A program made the position numbers and the translations under genes. The notes beneath the pieces were generated by a model that did no database searches, was not told the origin of the DNA, and saw only the letters and a list, made by a program, of their open reading frames with translations. 64,000 nucleotides of DNA from an uncultured Deinococcaceae bacterium (GTDB lineage Bacteria > Deinococcota > Deinococci > Deinococcales > Deinococcaceae), in assembly GCA_964252075.1 (NCBI GenBank), contig CAXULY010000002.1, positions 32,001 through 96,000 on the forward strand. The letters run 5' to 3'. How positions within the stretch are numbered: the first letter of the stretch is position 1; each line of letters starts with the position of its first letter. This document shows, in pieces, positions 30,602 through 39,397 of this stretch.

Positions 30602-31527
30602 TCGCTGTGCACGGCGACGTACACGCCGCTCGCGTTGATCCAGCCGCGGTACATGCCTTCGGTGTTGTAGGGCAGGGCCACGTTGCCGTCCCGGTCCACC
30701 GCGCACAGGCCCGCGCCCCCGCCGAGCGCGCGGATCTCGCCGTTCACCATGGCGTCCGTGGCGTCCTGCAGGGACGCCCCCTGGTACAGCATGCGGGCGT
30801 GCACCTCGTGCCCCAGCGCGCGGCGGATGAACAGCTCGCCCTTGCCGGTGCCGGACAGCGCGCAGGTGCGGTCGTCCGCCCAGGTGCCCGCCCCGATGAT
30901 GGGCGTGTCCCCCACCCGGCCCACGGGTTTCGCGGTGTACCCGCCGGTGGAGGTGGCCGCCGCGAGGTGCCCGTGCGCGTCGAGGGCCGCAGCGCCCACG
31001 GTGCCGTGCTTGTCGCGCTCCGGAGCGTCCTGGGTGGTGCCCAGCCGCTCGCGTTCCAGCATGCGCTCCAGCGCCTCCATGCGGGACGCGGTGGTGAAGT
31101 GCGCGTTGTCCACCATGTCGCAGCCGTGCTGCTCCGCCCAGGCGTCCGCCGCGTCGCCCACCAGCAGCAGCGGGTCGGACGCTTCCGCAAGGGCGCGCGC
31201 GGCGCGCACGGGGTTGCGGATGCGCCGCGCGCCCGCCACCGCCCCCGCGCGGCCCGTCGCGCCGTCCATGATGGACGAGTCGAGTTCATGGAAGCCCGCG
31301 CGGTTGCTGGCGGCGCCGTACCCGGCGTTGAAGACCGGGTCGTCCTCCAGCACCACCACCGCCTGCGTCACGGCGTCCAGGGCCGCGCCGCCTGCCTCCA
31401 GCACCGCGTACCCGGCAAGCAGTGCGCGGCGCAGGGCGTCGCGCGCCGCGCGGTCCGTCTCCGGCGTGAGTTCCGCGCGCGGGATGGCCCCGCAACCCCC
31501 GTGAATGGCCAGCACCGGACGGCTCAC
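30598..31527 (-). CDS. iaaA: Isoaspartyl peptidase/L-asparaginase (Ntn hydrolase)
   Basis: AIHGG, FNAGYG, HGTVGA, ATSTGG, GRVGD. Confidence 0.92.
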   Translation of the reverse strand: MSRPVLAIHGGCGAIPRAELTPETDRAARDALRRALLAGYAVLEAGGAALDAVTQAVVVLEDDPVFNAGYGAASNRAGFHELDSSIMDGATGRAGAVAGARRIRNPVRAARALAEASDPLLLVGDAADAWAEQHGCDMVDNAHFTTASRMEALERMLERERLGTTQDAPERDKHGTVGAAALDAHGHLAAATSTGGYTAKPVGRVGDTPIIGAGTWADDRTCALSGTGKGELFIRRALGHEVHARMLYQGASLQDATDAMVNGEIRALGGGAGLCAVDRDGNVALPYNTEGMYRGWINASGVYVAVHSD

Positions 31528-31620
31528 AGCCCGGCCCCCTGCAGTTCGTGTGTGCAGCGCATGTCGGCCATCCTACCGTGCGGCGGGGTGCGCGCCGGGA
31601 ACGCGGGTAGAGTGGTGGGC

Positions 31621-32448
31621 ATGACGCTTGAATCGGTTTCGGGCGCGCCGGTCGGCGCGCTCTCAGGTCGGGTGGTGCTGGTGACGGGCGCGGCGAGCGG
31701 CATCGGGCGCGCCACCGCGCTCGCGGCGGGCGCGGCGGGCGCGCACGTGGTCGTGGTGGACACGCAGGCGGCGGAAGGTGAGGTCACGGCGGGCATGGTG
31801 GGCGAGCACGGCGTGGACGCGGTGTTCATGGCGTGCGACGTGGCGGACGCCCAGTCCGTGGAGGCCACCGTGCAGGCGGCGGTGCAGCGCTTCGGGCGGC
31901 TGGACGTGCTGGTGAACAACGCGGGCATCTCGGGCGGCGCCGCGCGCGCGCACGAGCTGGACGTGGACCTCTGGGACCGCGTGCTGGCCGTGAACCTGCG
32001 GGGGCCATTCCTGTGCGCGAAGTACGCGCTGCCGCACCTGATGGCGTCCGGCGCGGGCGCCATCGTGAACGTGGCGTCCACGTACGGCCTGATCGGCGCG
32101 CCGCTCGCGGCGGCGTACTGCGCGTCGAAGGGCGGCGTGGTGAACCTCACGCGGCAGCTCGCCGTGGATTACGGCGAGTCTGGCGTGCGCGTCAACGCGG
32201 TGTGCCCCGGGTACATCGACACGGACATGGGTGGGAACCGCGCGCGCCTCGCGCCGGAGCAGCGCGCGGCGGCGCAGGCGCGCCGTGAGGCGAACGCCGC
32301 GCTTCAGCCGCTGGGGCGCCAGGCGCAGCCGGAGGAGGTCGCGCGCGTCGTGGTGTTCCTCGCGTCGGACGCGGCGTCGTTCATGACGGGGTCCGTCGTG
32401 ACGGTGGACGGGGGCTGCACGGCAACCTTCAACCACGGCGCCCGCTGA
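31621..32448 (+). CDS. SDR-family oxidoreductase
   Basis: TGAASGIG, NNAG, YCASK, VCPG. Confidence 0.93.
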   Translation: MTLESVSGAPVGALSGRVVLVTGAASGIGRATALAAGAAGAHVVVVDTQAAEGEVTAGMVGEHGVDAVFMACDVADAQSVEATVQAAVQRFGRLDVLVNNAGISGGAARAHELDVDLWDRVLAVNLRGPFLCAKYALPHLMASGAGAIVNVASTYGLIGAPLAAAYCASKGGVVNLTRQLAVDYGESGVRVNAVCPGYIDTDMGGNRARLAPEQRAAAQARREANAALQPLGRQAQPEEVARVVVFLASDAASFMTGSVVTVDGGCTATFNHGAR

Positions 32449-32469
32449 GCCGCGCGGGCGCCGCGCGCC

Positions 32470-33633
32470 CTAGCGGCCGCTGGGGGACGGCGTGGTGCCC
32501 GCCGCGAGCGTGACGGGCACCGTGAGGGTCTGCCCGGCGCGCGACACCGTGAGCGTCACGCGGTCCCCCACGCGGCGCCCGAACAGGTACTCCCGCAGGT
32601 CGCCGGACGTGCGGACGCTCTGCCCATCCACAGCGGTGATGACGTCCCCACCGAAGTACACCGTGCCGATGGGCGTCTGCACGGGCGTCGTGCCGCCCTT
32701 CAGGCCCGCCGCGGCCGCCGGGCTGTTCGGCTGCACGCTGGACACCAGCGCGCCCGTGCTGGGCAGCTGGTACTGCGTGCGCGCCTGCTCCGTCAGGACC
32801 GTCAGGTCGAACGGCGCGAGCGCCACGCCGATCACGGGACCCGTGATGGTCTCGCCGGCCTGCAGGCGCGTCAGGAGGTTCTTCGCGACGTTGATGGGAA
32901 TGGCGAAGCCCACGCCCGCGTTCTGCCCGACGCCCGTCGCCTCGCCCGCCGGGGACAGGATCTGCGTGTTGATGCCGATCACCTCGCCCGCGCTGTTCAG
33001 GAGCGGCCCGCCGGAGTTGCCGGGGTTGATGGCGGCGTCCGTCTGGATGGCCTTCTGCGCGATCTGCCGCGCGCCGGTGGGGATGGTGCGGCCCACCGCG
33101 GACACGATGCCCGTGGAGGCGGAGAACTGCAGGCCGAACGGCGCGCCGAGCGCGATGGTGTTCTGCCCGGCGCGCAGCGCGTCGCTGTTGCCGAGCGGCA
33201 GCGGGCGGATGAGGTTCTGCGGCGCGCCCTGCACCTGAATGAGCGCGAGGTCGTAATCGGGCGCGGTGCCGACCAGCCGCGCGGTGAAGTCCTGATCACT
33301 GCCCTGGAGGTTCACGGTGAGTCGGGTGGCGCCCTCCACCACGTGGTAGTTCGTGAGGGCGTAACCCTGCGCGTTCACGAAGAAGCCGCTGCCGCTCGCC
33401 TCGTCCACGTCCCCGTCGGGGTTCTGGAACAGCGGGCTGGAGAACGGGCTCTGCGACGTGCTGGGGGACGCCGCGGTGATGTACAGGACGCCGCCCAGCG
33501 CGCGGTCGATGACATCCGCAGTGCCCTGCTCGGTGGCCGAGAGGGGCGCGGCGGTGGAGGTCTGCGCGGTGGCCGCGCCCAGCCCACCGAGAAGCAGGGA
33601 CAGCGCGAGGGCCATGGTGCGGTGGTGCTTCAT
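32470..33633 (-). CDS. HtrA/DegP-like serine protease with PDZ domain
   Basis: GSGF, TNYHVV, DLAL, QTDAAINPGNSGGPL. Confidence 0.95.
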   Translation of the reverse strand: MKHHRTMALALSLLLGGLGAATAQTSTAAPLSATEQGTADVIDRALGGVLYITAASPSTSQSPFSSPLFQNPDGDVDEASGSGFFVNAQGYALTNYHVVEGATRLTVNLQGSDQDFTARLVGTAPDYDLALIQVQGAPQNLIRPLPLGNSDALRAGQNTIALGAPFGLQFSASTGIVSAVGRTIPTGARQIAQKAIQTDAAINPGNSGGPLLNSAGEVIGINTQILSPAGEATGVGQNAGVGFAIPINVAKNLLTRLQAGETITGPVIGVALAPFDLTVLTEQARTQYQLPSTGALVSSVQPNSPAAAAGLKGGTTPVQTPIGTVYFGGDVITAVDGQSVRTSGDLREYLFGRRVGDRVTLTVSRAGQTLTVPVTLAAGTTPSPSGR

Positions 33634-33761
33634 GGGTGTTCCTCCGGTGGCGCGCGCCCGGACCCGCGGCACGCGCCTGACTTCAGAGGATGTTCGCGCG
33701 TGCAGACCACGGCTTCCTGCGATTGCGCCGAAGTGACGCAGAGCGTCCCTTCAGGCAGCGT

Positions 33762-34112
33762 TCAGCGAGCGGGCGCGCGGCGCGCCGAGTGGTCGCAGCG
33801 GGCGCGGGTCACGCCGTACGCCGCGAAGGTCACGGTCACCCACAGCAGCAGGACGCCCAGCGCGATCAGCGCGTGCGGCTGGTGCTCACCACCGACCGCC
33901 AAGGCGAGGAAGCCCTCCACCAGGGTCGTGACCACGACCGCGACGAGCGCGAGCGCGGCGAGCGTCACGCTGCCGGCGCGCACGAGGTCCCACAGGCGCG
34001 CCTCTGGCGTCCGGGGCTGCGTCCGTGCGGCGGGCCTGGAATGCAGGATGGGGGCGGACGGCCAGTCGTCGGGCGGTGTGAACAGGATGTTGCGCGGTGA
34101 TGAACTGCCCAT
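33762..34112 (-). CDS. Small membrane protein
   Basis: Two predicted TM helices; start uncertain. Confidence 0.5.
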   Translation of the reverse strand: MGSSSPRNILFTPPDDWPSAPILHSRPAARTQPRTPEARLWDLVRAGSVTLAALALVAVVVTTLVEGFLALAVGGEHQPHALIALGVLLLWVTVTFAAYGVTRARCDHSARRAPAR

Positions 34113-34399
34113 GAACCAGGGTGCACCGCTGAGGTGCAGGGTCGTCAAGGGAAAGAATCCGCCGGACGGCTCATGAACGGCACATCGGGCGCCCCCTTCG
34201 TTCACCTGCCTCGGGTGTGGGGTGGGCCTTCCCGGTGCGGCCTTCATGATGGTGCGGCATCGTGACGGGGACGCGGCGCCCGGTCGCGTCGGCCACCGCC
34301 CATACCCGCACCGGCCGGACGCCCTGCGTCCGTCACCGCAGCGGCCCCCGCCGTCACGCCCCGCGACCCGAGCGCCCGCCCGGTCGCGCTGGAGGCCCC

Positions 34400-35449
34400 A
34401 TGCCCGAATGGTCCCGCCCCTCGGTGAGCGCGCGGCGCTTGCTGCTGCTGCTCGCCCTGCTGCTGTCCGGCTGCCGCCTCACGAGCGGCGCGCCCGTCGG
34501 TCCGCGCGCGCTGAACGCCACCTTCAGCAACCCCGTTCGCCTGGCGGAGAGCGCGGACCCGTTCGTCTTCGTGCAGGGCGGCGTGTTCTACCTGCTGTTC
34601 ACGCGCGGGGACCGCGTGTCGGCGTACCGGTCGCGCACCCTCGCGGGCCTCGGGGTTGCGGCGCCGCACGACCTGTGGGCGCCGCAGTGCTGCCGCGTGT
34701 GGGCGCCCGAACTGCACCACCTGACGGACCGCACGGGCCCGCACTGGTTCGCGTACTACACCAGGGATTTCGGCGTGTACGTCCGCCGGGGCAGCGCCCA
34801 GAACCCGCTCGGCCCCTACGGCCCGGAGGTGCCGCTGATTCCCTTCGGGGAAGGCGTGGGGCACGCGGCGGCGATTGACCCGACGGTGCTGGTCGAGCCG
34901 GGCGGGCAGCTGGACCTGCTGTGGTCCAACGCGGGCGACATCGCCATCGCGCGCATGCGGGACCCCACGCACGTGACGATGACGGCGGATCACGCGGTGC
35001 GGGGCACGCTGCTGCCCGCGCGCGGGCGGGTGTTCGGCTGCGACATCCAGGAGGCGCCCGCGGTCCTGGCGCGCCACGGGCGGTACTTCGTGACCTTCTC
35101 GGTGTGCGGCGCGGAGACGCCCGATTACGCGCTCGGCCTGATGGTCGCGGACGCCCACGCGCCGCTGCTGGACGCGCGCTCGTGGGCGCTGCAGCCCACG
35201 CGGGTGTTCCAGCGGCGGGACGCGGCGGGCGTGTTCGGGCCGGGACACAATGGGTTCTTTCGGTCCCCGGACGGGCGGCAGGACTGGATCGTGTACCACG
35301 CGAAGGGCAGCGCCGCGCGCGGCTTCCGGGACCGTTCGACGCGCGCGCAGCCGTTCACGTGGCGCGCGGACGGCAGCCCGGACTTCGGGGTGCCGGTGCC
35401 GGCCTCGTCGCCCCTGCGTGAGCCGTCGGGCGAGGTGGCCGGGCCATAA
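34400..35449 (+). CDS. GH43 glycoside hydrolase lipoprotein
   Basis: LSGC lipobox; ADPF, WAPE, IDP, EAP, GPGHN. Confidence 0.9.
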   Translation: MPEWSRPSVSARRLLLLLALLLSGCRLTSGAPVGPRALNATFSNPVRLAESADPFVFVQGGVFYLLFTRGDRVSAYRSRTLAGLGVAAPHDLWAPQCCRVWAPELHHLTDRTGPHWFAYYTRDFGVYVRRGSAQNPLGPYGPEVPLIPFGEGVGHAAAIDPTVLVEPGGQLDLLWSNAGDIAIARMRDPTHVTMTADHAVRGTLLPARGRVFGCDIQEAPAVLARHGRYFVTFSVCGAETPDYALGLMVADAHAPLLDARSWALQPTRVFQRRDAAGVFGPGHNGFFRSPDGRQDWIVYHAKGSAARGFRDRSTRAQPFTWRADGSPDFGVPVPASSPLREPSGEVAGP

Positions 35450-35649
35450 GCGGTTCCGGGCGGCCAGCGGGCGCGCATGTGCTTGACCCGCTCCGAAGGT
35501 CACGCTACGTTGAGGTCATCAGGGCGGCCCGGCTGGCCGCTGCGTTCATTGGTGCCCCTGGAGCGCTCATCGATTTGCCTGGGCACGGCGTGACGGCAGG
35601 GGTGTCCGCATGCGTCGCGCTCGGGTCAGTGTCCCGAAGGAAGGGGTTC

Positions 35650-38187
35650 ATGACAGGCAACGGGGGGTCCGAGCGCACACCGCGGCGCCTGCACAAGGCG
35701 TTCCTCGCGCAGGTCGCGCGCACGCCCGGCGCGGTGGCCCTCAGCGGCCACGCGGGCCCCATCACGTACCGGGACCTGCGCGCGCGCGCCGAGGAACTCG
35801 CGGCGCACCTGCGGGCGGCGGGCGTGCGCCCGGGCGACCCGGTGGGCGTGCTGCTGCCGCGCTCCGCGGACGCCGTGACCGCCATCCTGGCGGTGCTGCT
35901 CGCGGGTGGCATGTACGTGCCGCTGGACCTCGCGGTGCCGGACGACCGGCTGACCTTCATGCTCTCGGACGCGGGCGTGCAGCGCGTCATCACGCGCCGC
36001 GCGCACGCTGCGCGCCTGCGCGCCGAGTTCGCCACGGTGATGCTGGATGAGCTGCCGCCCGCGCCCGGGGGTGCGCCCCCGTCCAGCGTGGTGACCGGGC
36101 CGGACCTCGCCTGCATCAATTACACGTCCGGGTCCACCGGGCGGCCCAAGGGGGTCCCGATTGGGCACGCGGGCATCCTGAACCTGGTGTTCGGGCAGAC
36201 GTACTGCCCCTTCGGGCCGGGCGAGGTGCACCTGCTGCTCTCCAGCCTGTCCTTCGACTTCTCCACGCTGGAGCTGTGGGGCGCGCTCCTCACGGGCGCG
36301 CGCCTCGCGCTGTATGAGGAGCCCTTCGTGACCCTGGACGCGCTGGGGCGCGTCCTGCGCGCGGAGCGGGTCACGACGCTGATGCTCACCCCGAGCCTCT
36401 TCACGCTGATGGTGAGCGAGCGCCTGGAGGACCTGCGGGGCGTCCGGCAGGTGCTGCTCGGCGGGGACGTGCCGTCCGTGAAGGCTGCGCGGGCGTTCCT
36501 GCGCGCCGCGCCCGGCGCGAGCATCACGAACGTGTACGGCCCGACGGAGAACACCGTGTTCACCACCTGCTTCACCTTGCGCGACCCGAACTTCCCGCCC
36601 GGCCCCATTCCCATCGGACACGTCATTCCCGGCACGCAGGCGCTGCTGCTCGATGAGGGCGGGCAGGACGTGCCGGACGGCGAGGTGGGCGAGGTGTGGC
36701 TCGGCGGGGTGGGCCTCACGCCCGGGTACCTGAACCGCCCGGACCTGAACGCCGAGCGCTTCGCGCGGCACCCGCGCGCGCGCACGCCGGACGGGCGCCT
36801 GTACCGCAGCGGTGACCTCGCGCGGCGGCGCGCGGACGGCGCGCTGGAGTTCGTGGGCCGCGCGGACCTGCAGGTGAAGATCCGCGGGTACCGCATCGAG
36901 CCCGGCGAGATCGAGGCGGTGCTGCGCGAGCACCCGTCGGTGCGGGAGGCGGCGGTGGTGGCGCGCCCCGCGCGGGTGGAGGGCCAGGACAAGCGGCTCG
37001 TCGCGTACTGCGAGGCGGCCGGCGCGCGCGCCCTGGACACGGGCGCGCTGCGCGAGCACCTCGCGCGGACGCTGCCGCCGTACATGCTGCCGACCGCCAT
37101 CATCGAGGTGGCGGCCCTGCCGCTCACCACCAGCGGGAAGCTCGACCGCCTCAAGCTCGCGGCGCTGGAGCTTCCGCCGGTCGACGCGGGACCCCAGAGG
37201 GTCACCGCGCCGCTGCCGGACGACCTGTCGGACATGACGGCGCTGTGGGAGGAACTGCTGGGCACGCGCGTCGGGCCGGACGACGATTTCTTCGCGCTGG
37301 GCGGCACGTCCCTGCAGGCGGCGCTGCTGCTCGCGCGCCTCTCGCAGCGCTTCGGGACGGAAGTCCACCCGGGCGCGTTCTTCGCGGGCGCCACCCCCCG
37401 CGGTCTGAGCGCGCGCCTCGCGGAGCGCGCGCCCACCGGACCGGAGGGCGTCGTGCCGCTCCGGCCGGGTCGCGCGGACCACACGCTGTTCTTCGCAGGC
37501 GATCCCTTCCTGTACCGCCTGCTGGCGCCGCACCTGCGCACGGACGGCGCGGTGAGCGCCCTGCACGTGCCGCTCGGGCCCATCGAGGAGATGGCGGCGC
37601 GCGCCGTCGCGGACCTGCGGCGCGTGCAGCGGCGCGGCCCATACCACCTGGCGGGCTTCTCCTTCGATGGACTGGTCGCGTACGAGATGGCGTGCCAGCT
37701 CGCGGACCTGGGGGAACGCACGGTGTACCTCGCGCTGCTCGACACCGGCACGCCCCACATGGAGGCCATGCGCGTGCTGAGCAACCCGGGGTTCTGGTCG
37801 CGCCTCGTGGGGCACGCGCGCTACGCGAGGCGCCTGCCGGTGCGGCGAGGCGTGCGGTACCTGTGGCAGCGGGCGCGCCTCGCGGCGCGCGTGCGGGCGA
37901 ACCGCCAGGAGCGCAACCCGCACCACGACACCCTGCTGCAGCTGGTGCGGCCGCACGTGATCCGGCCCTCCGCGCTCACTGTGACGCTCTTCCGCGCGCA
38001 GCATGAGGACACGCACCTGATCGACCCGCTGCTGGGCTGGGAGGCGGCCGCCGCGCGCGTGGAGGTCCGGGACGTGCCGGGTCTGCACATGGACCTCGTG
38101 CGCTCGCCCGCCGGGGTGCAGCGCGTGGCGGCCCTGATGAGCGCCGACCTCGCGGCTCTTATTTACGACGAGCGCGTGGCCCGGTGA
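35650..38187 (+). CDS. Single-module NRPS-like enzyme (A-PCP-TE)
   Basis: YTSGSTGRPKG, YGPTE, YRSGD, QVKIRGYRIEPGEIE, SGKLDR; PCP FFALGGTSL; TE GFSFDG...LLD...PGLH. Confidence 0.93.
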   Translation: MTGNGGSERTPRRLHKAFLAQVARTPGAVALSGHAGPITYRDLRARAEELAAHLRAAGVRPGDPVGVLLPRSADAVTAILAVLLAGGMYVPLDLAVPDDRLTFMLSDAGVQRVITRRAHAARLRAEFATVMLDELPPAPGGAPPSSVVTGPDLACINYTSGSTGRPKGVPIGHAGILNLVFGQTYCPFGPGEVHLLLSSLSFDFSTLELWGALLTGARLALYEEPFVTLDALGRVLRAERVTTLMLTPSLFTLMVSERLEDLRGVRQVLLGGDVPSVKAARAFLRAAPGASITNVYGPTENTVFTTCFTLRDPNFPPGPIPIGHVIPGTQALLLDEGGQDVPDGEVGEVWLGGVGLTPGYLNRPDLNAERFARHPRARTPDGRLYRSGDLARRRADGALEFVGRADLQVKIRGYRIEPGEIEAVLREHPSVREAAVVARPARVEGQDKRLVAYCEAAGARALDTGALREHLARTLPPYMLPTAIIEVAALPLTTSGKLDRLKLAALELPPVDAGPQRVTAPLPDDLSDMTALWEELLGTRVGPDDDFFALGGTSLQAALLLARLSQRFGTEVHPGAFFAGATPRGLSARLAERAPTGPEGVVPLRPGRADHTLFFAGDPFLYRLLAPHLRTDGAVSALHVPLGPIEEMAARAVADLRRVQRRGPYHLAGFSFDGLVAYEMACQLADLGERTVYLALLDTGTPHMEAMRVLSNPGFWSRLVGHARYARRLPVRRGVRYLWQRARLAARVRANRQERNPHHDTLLQLVRPHVIRPSALTVTLFRAQHEDTHLIDPLLGWEAAAARVEVRDVPGLHMDLVRSPAGVQRVAALMSADLAALIYDERVAR

Positions 38188-38897
38188 CGGAGCGGGGTGT
38201 CCCGGCGGGCCTCCCGGACCTGCCGCGCGGGGAGGTGCAGGTGCACCACCTGGACCTGACGGCCCCGGCGCCGCCCTTCGTGGTGGAGGCGCACCTCAGC
38301 GCGGAGGAGCGGCGGCGCGCCGGGGACTACCTCAGCCCCTCGGCGCGCGCGCACTTCGTAACGGTCCGCTGCGCGCTGCGCGTCCTGCTGGCGCGCCATC
38401 TGCGGGTCGCGCCCGCGCAGGTGCCGCTCACGGCGGGCCCGCACGGCAAGCCCGCCGTGGCGGGCGGGGCCGGTCGGCTGACGTTCAGCGTGACGCACAC
38501 GGACGGCCTCGCGCTGCTGGCCGTCACGCGCGGGCGCGCGGTCGGGGTGGATGCCGAGCGCGTCCGACCGCACGCGGACCTGCGGGCGGTCGCGGACCGC
38601 TTCTTCACGCCGCGCGAGCGCGCGGCCCTGGCGGCCTGGCCGGACGCGCAGGCGTTCTACCGCGTATGGACGCGCCGGGAGGCGGCCCTGAAGGCCACAG
38701 GCGCGGGCCTCGCGGGGCGGGTGGAGGTGGACGCGTCGGCCGCCCCGTGCGGCTGGCTCATCAGCGTGGAGGGCGGCGCGGCGTCCGGGTGGCGCTCGCT
38801 GGACCTGAGCGCGCCGCCCGGTGTGCAGGCCGCGCTGGTGGTGCGCGGCGGCGCAGGCCTGCACGTGCGGGACGTGCCCGCCCACGCGTGGCGCTGA
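38184..38897 (+). CDS. Sfp-type 4'-phosphopantetheinyl transferase
   Basis: GKP, FSVTHT, VGVDAE, WTRREAALKA; overlaps NRPS stop. Confidence 0.92.
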   Translation: MTERGVPAGLPDLPRGEVQVHHLDLTAPAPPFVVEAHLSAEERRRAGDYLSPSARAHFVTVRCALRVLLARHLRVAPAQVPLTAGPHGKPAVAGGAGRLTFSVTHTDGLALLAVTRGRAVGVDAERVRPHADLRAVADRFFTPRERAALAAWPDAQAFYRVWTRREAALKATGAGLAGRVEVDASAAPCGWLISVEGGAASGWRSLDLSAPPGVQAALVVRGGAGLHVRDVPAHAWR

Positions 38898-38898
38898 G

Positions 38899-39345
38899 TC
38901 AGGCGTCCAGGCCGGAGGTGCTGTATGCCTCGCCGCGCGCGATGCCTTGCAGGGCCGCCTTCACGTAGGGCACGAAGGGCTCCTGGATGTCGTCGAAGCG
39001 CATCCAACGGAGGTCCGCGTGCTTGTGCGGCTCGCAGATGCTCGGGGTGCCCGCCCACCGCTCGGCGCTGAAGAAGTGCCCCAGCCACGCTTCCCCGCGC
39101 GTTCGGCAGTGCAGGGTGTGCACGAGGCGGAAGTCCCCGGGCTGGACGCGCACACCCACTTCCTCATGCGCCTCGCGCACGGCGGCGTCCAGCAGCGCCT
39201 CGTCCGCCTCGACCGCCCCGGCGGGCAGGCTGTGGTGCCCGTCCATCCAGCCGGTGTGGGCGCGCTGGATGGCGCAGAAGGTGTCGCCCGCGCGCAGCAG
39301 GATGAAGACGGTGGAGGGCATTCGGTGGCGTTGACGTTCACTCAC
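38899..39345 (-). CDS. NUDIX hydrolase
   Basis: PAGAVEADEALLDAAVREAHEEVG Nudix box; AAGGAG RBS. Confidence 0.9.
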   Translation of the reverse strand: MSERQRHRMPSTVFILLRAGDTFCAIQRAHTGWMDGHHSLPAGAVEADEALLDAAVREAHEEVGVRVQPGDFRLVHTLHCRTRGEAWLGHFFSAERWAGTPSICEPHKHADLRWMRFDDIQEPFVPYVKAALQGIARGEAYSTSGLDA

Positions 39346-39397
39346 TGGATCTCCTTCATGGTGGGCCTGGACCCGGCCGCATGTGCGGCGCGCCGCG

